Source: an uncultured delta proteobacterium (GTDB taxonomy: Bacteria > Desulfobacterota > Binatia > Binatales > Binataceae). From it: DNA of 64,000 nt. The notes beneath the pieces are model-generated. The model saw only the letters and a program-made list of their open reading frames with translations. It was not told the origin of the DNA and made no database searches. Made by a program: the position numbers and the translations under genes. Shown here one piece after another: positions 41,659 through 51,690 of the stretch. The DNA is taken from the NCBI GenBank assembly GCA_963808235.1, contig CAWEEQ010000004.1, forward strand, positions 2,016,001 to 2,080,000. The letters are read 5' to 3'. Every line of letters starts with the position of its first letter. Position 1 is the stretch's first letter.

Positions 41659-42483
41659 ATGACGACACGCACTGATTTCAAATCCGGATATGCGCCTTCA
41701 GACGGTGCGAAGGTCTATTACGAAAGCGCGGGCACTGGCCCCGCGGTGGTTTTCATCCATGCGGGAGTTTCGGACTGCCGGATGTGGGATCCGCAGTTCG
41801 ACTTTTTCGCGAACCGATTCCGCGTCATCCGCTACGATCTGCGCGGTTTCGGCAAATCCGAAATGCCCAACCTGCCCTACTCCCACCGCGCCGATCTCGC
41901 AAACACTCTTCAATTCCTGGGAATAGAGAACGCGGCTCTGATCGGATGCTCGATGGGCGGATCGACCGCAATCGACTTCGCGCTCGAAAATCCGGCGCGA
42001 GTTAGCGCACTGCTCTTGGTCGGCGCGGGCGTCGGTGGATGGAACGAATGGACCGACGAAGGAATCCGCCGCTTCACGGAGTTCATGCAACTGGTCAAAG
42101 ACAACCAAATCGATCGCGCGTGCGAGATGGACGCCGCGCTATGGCTCGATGGACCCGGGCGCGATCCGTCGCGGATCGATCCCGCTTATCGGGCTCGCGC
42201 TTGGCAACTTCACAAAGAGAATTTCTCGATCACGCGATTCGCGCATCCTGAAACGGAGCTGAAGCCGCCCGCGATTGGCAGGCTGGGCGAGATCAAGTGC
42301 CCGACGCGCGTTCTCGTGGGCGACTACGATGTGCACGAGATAAGAACGATCGCCGCGCGACTCGCGAAGGAAATTCAGGGGGCGAGACTCGTGACTGTCG
42401 CGAATGCCGCGCATCTGCCGAACCTCGAGCATCCCGAGGAGTTCAACGCAATCGTGAGCGAATTCCTGACCCCGCTCATGTGA
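41659..42483 (+). CDS. Alpha/beta fold hydrolase
   Basis: YDLRGFGKS, GCSMGG, AAHLPNLEHPE. Confidence 0.92.
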   Translation: MTTRTDFKSGYAPSDGAKVYYESAGTGPAVVFIHAGVSDCRMWDPQFDFFANRFRVIRYDLRGFGKSEMPNLPYSHRADLANTLQFLGIENAALIGCSMGGSTAIDFALENPARVSALLLVGAGVGGWNEWTDEGIRRFTEFMQLVKDNQIDRACEMDAALWLDGPGRDPSRIDPAYRARAWQLHKENFSITRFAHPETELKPPAIGRLGEIKCPTRVLVGDYDVHEIRTIAARLAKEIQGARLVTVANAAHLPNLEHPEEFNAIVSEFLTPLM

Positions 42484-43104
42484 TTGTGACTGGAGACGGG
42501 AACTAGCGCTCTTTCGGAGCGAGCCAATACTCCGAATATCGGCTACTCGGAGAGCCCGCGCGACTACGACACAGTTTCCAACACTGGCAGTTTCTTCCTT
42601 TTGCCGAACGGTACTTCGAAATGGAGCAACGCAAGCGAGATCGGCGTCACGATCGGAGCGTGTAGCCGGATTCATTGAAAGCTGCCGACATTCTCTACGG
42701 GTGCTTCATCAGCGCGGCGAGCCCGCTGCGCAGATCGCTCTTCGCCTGTCGCGATGTACCACAGTATTTTGGCCGGGCGAGTGCGCTTCGCTCATGACGA
42801 GCCCTGTGACCTACCACGGCGGTTCACCCGTTCATCTCGCGTGACGCCCATAGGGGCAAGTAGATCGCGAAATGTTTCCGGGCAATTGCATCAGCGCTCT
42901 TCCGCCTGAGTATCCAGGGCGGGTGGTGCCGTTCCAGCGAGCCGACCGTCTGGGGCTAAATGATCGCTACGAGCATTTACACGAGGCGAGCAAGCCGCAC
43001 TGATCCCGGACCGCAATCGATTTGGCGCTGGAACCTCCGGGCCGGATCGTCGTCCTTGCGGGGCGTGAAATCCGGTGGCACAGTTGGCTTTCGACTTTCC
43101 GCGC

Positions 43105-43196
<92 letters not shown>

Positions 43197-43408
43197 AGCA
43201 GTCTGTAGTGCTTCCCTACAATGTGGAGTGAGCGGAAAAATCTCCAACGTGACGCTTGCGCGCTCGATGCGTACCGGAGAGCGTGAGCCCGGCACTCTAT
43301 TCCGCGAATTTCTCGGGTTTGTCTCCAGGCGCAGAAAAGCCGGTTCGCTTCACGGTTCAAGCAAAACCGCTCATCGATCGTCTTTCTGAGTCGGAGCAGG
43401 TCGCGGTT

Positions 43409-43531
43409 CTAGTCGACTCCGATCGCCTTCAACTGCGCCGGCCATTCAAGCGGCAGATCGATCCGGTTGAGCAGGTCTGGGTACTGGGGCATCTGTCTCG
43501 CGCACTTGTCCCATTACATGTCGGGCGCTAA
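43409..43531 (-). pseudogene. Probable C-terminal remnant of a large serine recombinase
   Basis: Translates LAPDM*WDKCARQMPQYPDLLNRIDLPLEWPAQLKAIGVD*, resembling the LAPDI...RQP...LPLDW.EQ...LG end of that family (recalled pattern). Confidence 0.5.
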
Positions 43532-43570
43532 CGTCGGGCAACGCTATCGCAGCCGGAGAAACACACGCCG

Positions 43571-44671
43571 ATGAGTCAATTCGACATAGTTTCCTCCACT
43601 CAGGAACCCGACCTGTCGACCGCGATGAAGGTCGTTTATCAGTGGAACTACGGTTCGGAGGTCGAAGAGCTGCGCCGCTTATACGTCAAGGCGCTGGAGG
43701 CGCAGTGGATCGCTGAACGCGACCTCGACTGGGAACGGCCGATCGATCACGTTGCCTTGGCTGCCACGCCACTCGGAATCGGCTTTCCCATCGAACAGAC
43801 CTCGTACTGGCGCTCGCTCAGCGCGGACACAGTATGGGAGCTGAAGAAACGGATGGCGAGCTTTCGCCTGAGCAATTTTCTGCACGGCGAGCAAGGCGCA
43901 TTGATGGTCGCCGCGCAACTGGTGAATGCGGTGCCCCACACCGACGCCAAGTTCTACGCGGCGACCCAGACCATGGATGAGGCGCGACACGTCGAGGTAT
44001 TCGCCCGCTATATCCAGAAGCTCGACATGGTCCGGCCGATCGCGCCCAACCTCAAAGGTCTGCTCGACAGCACGCTGGAGACCGGCGACTGGGCCAAGAA
44101 GCTCGTCGGCATGCAGATCGTGGTCGAGGGGCTCGCGCTCTACAGCTTCCGTGAGATGCGCAATCTCACCGAGGAGCCATTGCTGAAGGAGATTCTCACC
44201 TACGTCGGGCGCGACGAGGCGCGTCATCATGCCTACGGGGTGCAGTACGTTGAACGTTGTGCGCCCTGCCTTTCCGCGGCCGAGCGTGAGGATCTCGAAG
44301 ACTTCGCCTTCGCCGCCGCCATCGCAATTATCGGCGGCCGCAATCAAGCTGGATTCATGGCCTCGCTGATGCAAAGCTGGGCCGAGACCGGCATCGACAC
44401 CGCCGAGTTGCTCGCCTGCGCGCAGCGCGAGCGCGACCAGTTGACCCGCGCGCCACGCACCGAGCGCAGGCGCGGACCGGTGTCAGGGTTCGTGCTTCCG
44501 ACGCTCCGCCGCTGCGGATTGCTCAGCCAGCGTATCGCCGGTCGCTTTCACGAAGTACTGCAAGAAAATCTCGGTAGCCAGGTAGTGGGCAGCAGCGTCG
44601 AAGAGTTCATGCGATGGATTCCCGACCTGCCCGAAGACACTGCGGCCTGGGTATTGGGCGAACTCGAATAG
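43571..44671 (+). CDS. Ferritin-like diiron protein
   Basis: FLHGEQGAL, DEARH, VVEGLA, DEARH: two E...ExxH carboxylate/His sets; GGAG RBS. Confidence 0.9.
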   Translation: MSQFDIVSSTQEPDLSTAMKVVYQWNYGSEVEELRRLYVKALEAQWIAERDLDWERPIDHVALAATPLGIGFPIEQTSYWRSLSADTVWELKKRMASFRLSNFLHGEQGALMVAAQLVNAVPHTDAKFYAATQTMDEARHVEVFARYIQKLDMVRPIAPNLKGLLDSTLETGDWAKKLVGMQIVVEGLALYSFREMRNLTEEPLLKEILTYVGRDEARHHAYGVQYVERCAPCLSAAEREDLEDFAFAAAIAIIGGRNQAGFMASLMQSWAETGIDTAELLACAQRERDQLTRAPRTERRRGPVSGFVLPTLRRCGLLSQRIAGRFHEVLQENLGSQVVGSSVEEFMRWIPDLPEDTAAWVLGELE

Positions 44672-44683
44672 CACGCTTGTGGT

Positions 44684-44715
44684 CGATTGACTCGATTGAG
44701 TTTCGAGTCGAATCG
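44684..44715 (+). terminator. Stem-loop after the ferritin-like gene
   Basis: CGATT-GACTCGA-loop-TCGAGTC-G-AATCG; no U-tract on + strand. Confidence 0.3.
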
Positions 44716-45075
44716 CAGAAAACACACGGATGTCGTCGGGGTCGCGAGATAAACATGACGGCGCCATCCATGCCACGGTGGGAATTCGTTCGAGATCACC
44801 CGCCATTGACCGCGTGCTTCCCTGTGCGAGCGCGTCTCCCCAAACCGGTTCCAGCCGTCGCGCCTGATGAAGCTCAGAGAATGCGTCCTGAATCGATCGC
44901 CGCGAACAGCGGGGGCGCCCACTAGAGTTCTCCAAAGCACTCAAACTGCAGTCAGCTGCGCGGGCATCGTTGCCGCGAAGGTGAATACAACCTTATTCTA
45001 TAGGAAGCTGCTGCGTTTGATATTGCAGGCCTGTTCCATGCGTTCGCGTCCTGGGATGCCGCTTTCATGACATGA

Positions 45076-46188
45076 TTGTTCATTGACCGCCGCCGCTTTT
45101 TTCAGAAATCTGTTTTGCGAGTTCCTACAAAAAAAGACCCTGCTTCGCCCCTGAATGGTGCGACGGTAGCGAATCGCGCCGAGGCGCGAAGCGGGGTACG
45201 CCGGGTCGGCCTGAAGATTCGGACTTCCGCGGTGCGCAAACCGCTGGTGCAGAATCTGATCGCCTACGCGATAGCAGCGGCAATTGTATGCTATGCGGCA
45301 CGAGGCGTTTCATTGACGCAAGTGGTCGGCGCCACCAGCCACGCCACGCTCTGGATTTTTGTCACTGCCAGCCTGTGCGGCTTTCTGTTCTGGTTTATCG
45401 GCGAGACCGTCTTGTATTCTCGCCTGTTCACTTATTTTCATGGTCCGACTGGCGCGGTCGAGCTGCTTCCGACCATGGCCGCGGTCTACTTCCTTCAGAT
45501 CGTGAATTCCTATGTCGCCAGCGGAGCGTTCGTTCTTTTTCTGCACGCACGCAAACGAGCGCCGTGGGTGATGGCCGGATGCACGTTGCTGTTCCAGGCG
45601 TATCTCGACGCTGTGCTGCTGGCCACGCTGACGCTCATCGCGATCGTTCTCGTGCCTAGGTCGCCGGTTCGGCTGGGGCTCAGCTACGCGGCAGGCGTAC
45701 TGGGTGCAGGCTGCTTGATCGCGTCCTTTTTTCTCATCTGGGGAGAGCGGCTCTCGACCGGCAATTGGCTCCGCTGGATCTACGATCGACCCTCGATGGC
45801 GAGTTTCCGAATCGCGCGGCCTTCGCAATACATCAAGCTACTAGGCATCAGGTGTCTGATCGTTCTGGGCGCCGGCTTTGCGCTCTATGGGCAGTTCGTG
45901 AGCTTTCATATCGGCGTATCGCTGGCGCAGACGCTGGCATTGACGCCATTCATTGTTGCGATCGGCAATTCGGCACTCTCACCGGGCGGAATCGGAACGA
46001 CTCAACTGGTTTTCACTTTGGCTTTTGCAAGATTCGCCTCCAAGGACGATCTGTTCGCATTGTCCCTGGCGGTAACCGTCTTTAATTTCATTGTCCGCAT
46101 ACCTATGGGACTAGTCATGGGAGCGCCGCTTGCGCAAGAAGCGGTCGGGGTCGAAAGCGAATTCGCAACTGGGTACAGGATTGGATAG
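45076..46188 (+). CDS. Lysylphosphatidylglycerol-synthase TM / flippase-like membrane protein
   Basis: About 8 TM helices, SPGGIGTTQ motif; true start probably downstream of 45076. Confidence 0.75.
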   Translation: MFIDRRRFFQKSVLRVPTKKDPASPLNGATVANRAEARSGVRRVGLKIRTSAVRKPLVQNLIAYAIAAAIVCYAARGVSLTQVVGATSHATLWIFVTASLCGFLFWFIGETVLYSRLFTYFHGPTGAVELLPTMAAVYFLQIVNSYVASGAFVLFLHARKRAPWVMAGCTLLFQAYLDAVLLATLTLIAIVLVPRSPVRLGLSYAAGVLGAGCLIASFFLIWGERLSTGNWLRWIYDRPSMASFRIARPSQYIKLLGIRCLIVLGAGFALYGQFVSFHIGVSLAQTLALTPFIVAIGNSALSPGGIGTTQLVFTLAFARFASKDDLFALSLAVTVFNFIVRIPMGLVMGAPLAQEAVGVESEFATGYRIG

Positions 46189-46193
46189 CAGTC

Positions 46194-46964
46194 ATGACTT
46201 TCACATATTGCCGAAATCGAAGTGTAGCGATGGTTCTAGGTCTCGTACTGTTGACTGTGGCTCAGGTATCACATGCCGCGGAAGATCAACGCGCCAAAGA
46301 GACAGTAGATCGCGTGGCAAGTTTATTCAGCAGCAAGTCCAGCATCGCTACCGTGAAGATGCAGATCTTCAACGAAGATGGACAACGCGATCTGTCGATG
46401 CAGATCTGGTCGCTTGGCGACAAGGTCCTTGTACGGATCACCAGTCCTCAAGATGAAGCCGGCACCGCCATTCTGAAGGAAGGCAGCGATATCAGGTACT
46501 ACCTGCCCAAATCGAATCGAACGGTCAATATCCCCGCTTCGATGGCAATGACCTCGTGGATGGGGAGCGACTTTACCATCGATGATCTGGTGAAAGAACC
46601 TTTCCTCACGCGCGATTATACGATCAGCACCTCTTACGAAGGAAAGCGTGGCGAGGTTGCAGTGTATGAATATACTTTGACCCCGAAGCCCGACGCCGCA
46701 GTCGTGTGGGGAAAGATCGTGCTCCAGTTTCGGCAGGCTGATGGAGTTCCCACCTGGCAGGGTTACTACGGCGAGGATGGGAAGCTGGCTCGCGAGCTTA
46801 CCTTTTCTGAATACAAGACCAAGAGCGGCAAGGTCATTCCGACCCACTTGGTCATGCAATCGGCAGAGAAGGCTGGTTCGCACACCTCTATCGACTACGA
46901 AGATATCGCTTTCGACGTACCGATCGGCGCAGACACATTTTCCCTTCCCAATATGAAACGATGA
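46194..46964 (+). CDS. LolA-like outer membrane lipoprotein-sorting protein
   Basis: Signal peptide, P..EAGTAIL, YLP, SWMGSDFT.DDL. Confidence 0.88.
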   Translation: MTFTYCRNRSVAMVLGLVLLTVAQVSHAAEDQRAKETVDRVASLFSSKSSIATVKMQIFNEDGQRDLSMQIWSLGDKVLVRITSPQDEAGTAILKEGSDIRYYLPKSNRTVNIPASMAMTSWMGSDFTIDDLVKEPFLTRDYTISTSYEGKRGEVAVYEYTLTPKPDAAVVWGKIVLQFRQADGVPTWQGYYGEDGKLARELTFSEYKTKSGKVIPTHLVMQSAEKAGSHTSIDYEDIAFDVPIGADTFSLPNMKR

Positions 46965-48220
46965 GCGGACGGCTTCTACAGCTCGCGTGGCGCAACCTCT
47001 GGCGTAATCGCCGGCGTACCTTCATTACGATGGCGGCCATCGCATTTGGCTATGCGATGCTGCTGTTTGTCGCGTGCCTTATGGCGGGTCTGCGCTGGCA
47101 GATGATCCAGAACGGCACCTGTCTTGTCATGTCTCAGATCCAAATACATGCTCCGGGCTACTACACTAATCGTTCGCTTCAGAAGACTTTGGGCGGCAGG
47201 AAGGGGACGGATGTCAGTGCGCTACTCGCCTCCATTTCTGCAGATCGCCGTGTTTCCGCCGTGGCCCCGCGGGTCTATGGATACGGCTTGCTAAGTGCGG
47301 CCCATCGCTCCGCTGGTGTGGAGCTCATGGGTGTCGTCCCTGAACAAGAACCTAAGATCACCACTCTTAACACCCAGATATCGAAGGGTAGTTACCTGCG
47401 CGCGCTGATGCCAAAGGGAGTGGTGATAGGAGACAAGCTCGCCAGCACGATTGGCATCGAGTTGGGTTCCGAAATCGTCTTGCTGACGCAAGCGGCTGAT
47501 GGTTCGATGGGTAATGACGTTTACACCGTCGTGGGAATTCTTCACACCGGTCTTGATGCCGTAGATCGGGGGTTGGTTCTCATGCCGCTGTCTTCTCTCC
47601 AGGACCTTCTGCACCTTGCGCCTGGCAGGATCCATGAAATTGGTATCAAGCTCAATCACATAACCGCTGCTAGCGCCGTGGCTGCAGCACTTGAGGCCCG
47701 ACTGCCTAAGACCCTCCCCGTGCGAGTGATGGCGTGGCCTGAGTTGGCGCCGGAACTAGCCAACTACGTTCAGTTCAATCACGGCGTCACGGTGGTTCTA
47801 TTTTTTATTTTTTTCCTGGTCGCAGTCATCGGTGTCATGAATACGATGCTCATGGCGGTGTACGAGCGCACCCGCGAATTTGGCATGCTCATGGCCGTCG
47901 GTATGCGCCCCGCTCAGGTGATTCGCCTGATCTTGACCGAAGCCGCTGGCTTGGCGGTCGCAAGTCTGGTGTTGGGAGCGACGCTTGGAGTTCCGCTACT
48001 CTGGTATTTGCAGGTCCACGGTCTGGATTTGGGTGGGGCTACCGGCGAGGTCGTCTCCGTCGCAGGAGTAGTCGTGGGCCATCTATGGTACGGCCGGCAA
48101 GATTTCCCCGCCTACAGCCACGCAGCACTCGGGCTGGCCGCTACAGCTCTGGTGTCTGCGCTCTATCCCGCATGGCGGGCTGCTCAGCTCAGGCCAACGG
48201 AAGCGATGCGTAAGGTCTGA
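46961..48220 (+). CDS. LolC/E (MacB/FtsX-type) ABC permease
   Basis: AWRNLWRNRRRT, NTMLMAVYERTREFG, YPAWRA. Confidence 0.92.
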   Translation: MSGRLLQLAWRNLWRNRRRTFITMAAIAFGYAMLLFVACLMAGLRWQMIQNGTCLVMSQIQIHAPGYYTNRSLQKTLGGRKGTDVSALLASISADRRVSAVAPRVYGYGLLSAAHRSAGVELMGVVPEQEPKITTLNTQISKGSYLRALMPKGVVIGDKLASTIGIELGSEIVLLTQAADGSMGNDVYTVVGILHTGLDAVDRGLVLMPLSSLQDLLHLAPGRIHEIGIKLNHITAASAVAAALEARLPKTLPVRVMAWPELAPELANYVQFNHGVTVVLFFIFFLVAVIGVMNTMLMAVYERTREFGMLMAVGMRPAQVIRLILTEAAGLAVASLVLGATLGVPLLWYLQVHGLDLGGATGEVVSVAGVVVGHLWYGRQDFPAYSHAALGLAATALVSALYPAWRAAQLRPTEAMRKV

Positions 48221-48222
48221 CC

Positions 48223-49518
48223 ATGACAAGTCTATTCCTTCTGATGAAGATTAGTTGGCGCAATCTCTGGCGCAATCCTCGAGGTACGCTGTTGACAGCC
48301 TTAGCTCTTGGCCTGGGGCTGGCGTTGCTGCTGATCTCTTTGGGCCTGCTCGATGGCGGCCACGAACAAACGATTGCGGACGGGGTGCGGTTTGGACCGG
48401 GCCATGTAGTCGTCCAGGCTAAGGGCTATCAAGATTCCAGCTCTGACGAGTTGCTGCTTCCGGCTCAAGTTGTGTCCAATGTCGAAGGGCTTCTGCAAAC
48501 CGAAAACATCAAGCAGATCGTGCGAGGCGTTAGTCCGCGACTTCTGGCTACCGGTCTTCTAAGTACCTCGGCCAGTTCTGCCGGTGTCAGAATTGTTGGA
48601 GTGATACCTGAAAACGAACACGCGGTATCACTAATCCCACAACGAATGGTTGAAGGCACCTATCTTACTAGTAACGACAAGCTCTCAGGCGTCGTGATCG
48701 GCGACGAACTGGCACGCAAGCTCGATCTCAAGATAGGTTCCAAAGCGGTGCTCATGACTCAGGCACTGCGACCTCCGGGCGCAGAAGCTAAAAGCGGCTC
48801 TGCGGACGAGATGCAAAGCACTCTCTTGCGAGTGAGCGGTATCTTTCGTACGGGACTCCAGGCGATCGACGCCAATATGATTTGCCTGCCCTTGTCCTCG
48901 GCTCAGGGTCTGCTCGGGGTAACCGGCAACCAGGTGACTCAAGTAACAATCCTGCTTGTCCGGGAAGGTGACTCGCCGCTGGTAGCAGGAGCTTTGCGAA
49001 AGCAGTTGACGGGAGCGCCGGTTGAAGTCCTGACGTGGAGGGAATCGCTCCCGATGCTTGCTCAGATTCTGGGCCTGGACCACGCATTCAACTACATCAT
49101 GAACGGCGTGATTTTGACGATGGTAGGGTTGGGAATACTCAACACGATTCTCATGCGAGTGCTCGAGCGCCGCTATGAATTTGGCGTCAGTAAGGCTCTC
49201 GGTCTTCAGCCTCGGCAGCTCGCGATAATGGTTGTCGGCGAGTCTCTAGCCCTCACCGCCATCAGCCTGGCCTTGGGACTGGTCTTGGGCTTGAGTGTTC
49301 AGCACTATTTTGCCACCGCCGGATTGGATCTACGCTGGATATTCAAGGCCGGTCTGCCACCTGCTCTTGTTTTCGATCCTATTCTCTACTCGCGGCTGAG
49401 CGTGGATCGAATTGTTTGGTCCGTCAGCATCGTATTCGCGATGGCGACAATCATTTCCTTTTATCCAGCGCTCAAGGCAGCGCGCACAGACCTGCCCGAC
49501 GCTTTGAAGGTGCTTTAG
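48223..49518 (+). CDS. LolC/E (MacB/FtsX-type) ABC permease
   Basis: SWRNLWRNPR, NTILM.VLERRYEFG, YPALKA. Confidence 0.92.
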   Translation: MTSLFLLMKISWRNLWRNPRGTLLTALALGLGLALLLISLGLLDGGHEQTIADGVRFGPGHVVVQAKGYQDSSSDELLLPAQVVSNVEGLLQTENIKQIVRGVSPRLLATGLLSTSASSAGVRIVGVIPENEHAVSLIPQRMVEGTYLTSNDKLSGVVIGDELARKLDLKIGSKAVLMTQALRPPGAEAKSGSADEMQSTLLRVSGIFRTGLQAIDANMICLPLSSAQGLLGVTGNQVTQVTILLVREGDSPLVAGALRKQLTGAPVEVLTWRESLPMLAQILGLDHAFNYIMNGVILTMVGLGILNTILMRVLERRYEFGVSKALGLQPRQLAIMVVGESLALTAISLALGLVLGLSVQHYFATAGLDLRWIFKAGLPPALVFDPILYSRLSVDRIVWSVSIVFAMATIISFYPALKAARTDLPDALKVL

Positions 49519-49530
49519 AGAGAGGCTGCT

Positions 49531-50256
49531 ATGAACGAGTGGGCGATTAAATTGAAAGACGTGCGAAAGACCTATCGCACGGGACCAATCGAGGTCCCTG
49601 CCTTGCGCGGCGTAACTCTGACTATCGGCGCCGGCGAATTCGCGGCTACCGCCGGTCCATCGGGTTCGGGTAAGACCACTCTTTTGAACATTGTAGGTGG
49701 ACTCGACCGGGCAGACACCGGTGAGATTTGGGTGGCAGGACAGAACCTTCAGCTCTTATCGTCAGGCGAGCTGGCTCAATTGCGTTTACAGCGCATCGGC
49801 TTTGTGTTTCAAACCTACAACCTGTTGCCTGTGCTCACCGCTTTGGAGAACGCGGAGTTTACTTTGCTCCTCCAGGGTGTGCCCGCGCGCCAGCGTAGGG
49901 AAAAAGTGGAGAAACTGTTTTCAGAAATCGGGCTGGCCGGTCTTGAAGATCGCCGCCCCGCCGAGTTGTCCGGCGGTCAGCAGCAAAGAGTCGCAGTAGC
50001 TCGCGCGATGGTCACCGAGCCTGCGCTCATACTGGCGGATGAGCCCACGGCGAATCTGGACTCCGCCTCTGCGATTGCTCTCCTCGATGTGATGGAACAG
50101 CTCAATCGTTCGACGGGTACGACCTTCCTCTTTTCCACCCACGATCCGCAGGTCATGGAGCGCGCTCATCGCTTAATCCGCTTGCGCGACGGTCAGATAA
50201 CGGGCGACGAGGCGCGTGCTAGCCCGGTGGCGGCCGTTGCCCGACTAGCTGGCTAA
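49531..50256 (+). CDS. LolD-like ABC ATP-binding protein
   Basis: GPSGSGKTT, GFVFQ.YNL, LSGGQQQRV, LADEPTANLD. Confidence 0.95.
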   Translation: MNEWAIKLKDVRKTYRTGPIEVPALRGVTLTIGAGEFAATAGPSGSGKTTLLNIVGGLDRADTGEIWVAGQNLQLLSSGELAQLRLQRIGFVFQTYNLLPVLTALENAEFTLLLQGVPARQRREKVEKLFSEIGLAGLEDRRPAELSGGQQQRVAVARAMVTEPALILADEPTANLDSASAIALLDVMEQLNRSTGTTFLFSTHDPQVMERAHRLIRLRDGQITGDEARASPVAAVARLAG

Positions 50257-50289
50257 AGAGATTCCATTCCTGCTTCTGAGTAGTATTCA

Positions 50290-51264
50290 TTAAGCAGGGA
50301 CAAACGCTCGGGCTTCCGGCAAGATTCGCATCATCTTCCACAGACGGATTGACCATCGGTTCATCAGACCCAACTCTTCGCACAGGCCAAACAGCTTGGT
50401 TGAAGCTTCGTGCATGCGTTCGCGGTGGATCGGATTCTCGCGATATGCAGCATTCACAACTTCGCGCGGGATATTATATTCGCGCGCAATTTGCGGTGAC
50501 GCCTCCATCATCATCTTGCCCATGACGCCCAGGATGATGGGAACGCAAAGTCCTAGCCGCCCCCGGCGCGACGGGCTCAGCTCCGGAACGAGCTTCCGTA
50601 AAGTGTGACGCGCGAAGCTCATATGGCGCGCCTCCTCAGTGACGTGGATCTGCATGATTCGCCGAATCAAAGGATGGGTATTCTGGCGGTTCTTGCGCAA
50701 AGTCTGGCGCTGCACGTAGTCGATCGGATCCTCGCCCGCCAGAACAAAGAAGAAGAACAGTTCCGGGAACTTGTGTGAGTACTTGACTACGAAGTTCGCG
50801 CATCTGCGTTCGATCCCACCTAGTCCGGGAATCTGGAAGCCAGTCCGGTTGATAAACTCCTGGAACATCAGCGAGTGTTGTGCCTCTTCTATCGTCTCGT
50901 GGTAGCAGTAGCGGAACTCCGGCGCTCCCGTCGGCAACGCGGCCGCAAATTCCAGCAGGCCGCGCTTGAGCACGTACTCGAAGATCACGCCAATCTTCAT
51001 GAAGTTGGCCAACATCCGAAGACCGATCCGAGACCGAATTCCTGCCGGCTGTGAGAGATACCATTCGGTCGCGCCAAGCACGTCGTCCGGCTCGAGTTCC
51101 CATCGCGAGTCATCGTGATCGATGCGAAACTCAGGATTGTCCCAGTCAACGTCCGCGTAGGCATCGAAATGTTTCACCACCGATTGGTGGCTCAGCCTAC
51201 GAATCAGATCGGAGTAGGCTTTCCCAACGTGCTCCTCTTCAGGAACAACAAACTCTTCAGACAT
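50290..51264 (-). CDS. AurF-family diiron oxygenase
   Basis: FE.VL..GL, EEAQH, GEDPID, IH..EEARH ligand pattern; GGAG RBS. Confidence 0.9.
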   Translation of the reverse strand: MSEEFVVPEEEHVGKAYSDLIRRLSHQSVVKHFDAYADVDWDNPEFRIDHDDSRWELEPDDVLGATEWYLSQPAGIRSRIGLRMLANFMKIGVIFEYVLKRGLLEFAAALPTGAPEFRYCYHETIEEAQHSLMFQEFINRTGFQIPGLGGIERRCANFVVKYSHKFPELFFFFVLAGEDPIDYVQRQTLRKNRQNTHPLIRRIMQIHVTEEARHMSFARHTLRKLVPELSPSRRGRLGLCVPIILGVMGKMMMEASPQIAREYNIPREVVNAAYRENPIHRERMHEASTKLFGLCEELGLMNRWSIRLWKMMRILPEARAFVPA

Positions 51265-51690
51265 CAAATTCTCCAGGATTTTTTCTCCGGGATTTTCTGT
51301 TTGGAGGGCGTAAGTTCATCTTCCGTTTGCCGCGCCCACCGCATCACGAAGTCGCATCCCCAGCGTCCGGTACAGTATCTGCAACTCTGAAATCGGGTGC
51401 CCAATTGGTATCCCCGGGAACATCATTTGTCGTTATTCGCGATCTTGGGTGCTAACTGCGCCCTTCCTTATTGACAGGCGCATCAATGCAAAGCAATTGG
51501 TCGCGGTTCTATGGGGAGATCGGAGCCGCGCCGCTAAGGGACGCGAAACTGAAAAAACCCTAGCGATAGGCGAGACTAAGCCAGTACGAAGCGGGATCTC
51601 AGCGAGCAAAAATATATTTTCGTTTCCCGGCGTCTGGCCGCCCGCCTGGTGCGGGAGTGAACGCGCGCGGTTGCGCCGGGAATGTGACCG

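Noticed and set aside
42484-43104. 620-bp gap as an ncRNA or riboswitch
   Set aside because: No recognisable family motif; only a weak TTGCGG-17-CACAGT promoter candidate for the tRNA
44755-44925. 56-aa ORF as a RiPP precursor
   Set aside because: Weak RBS, no leader or core pattern, no RiPP enzymes nearby
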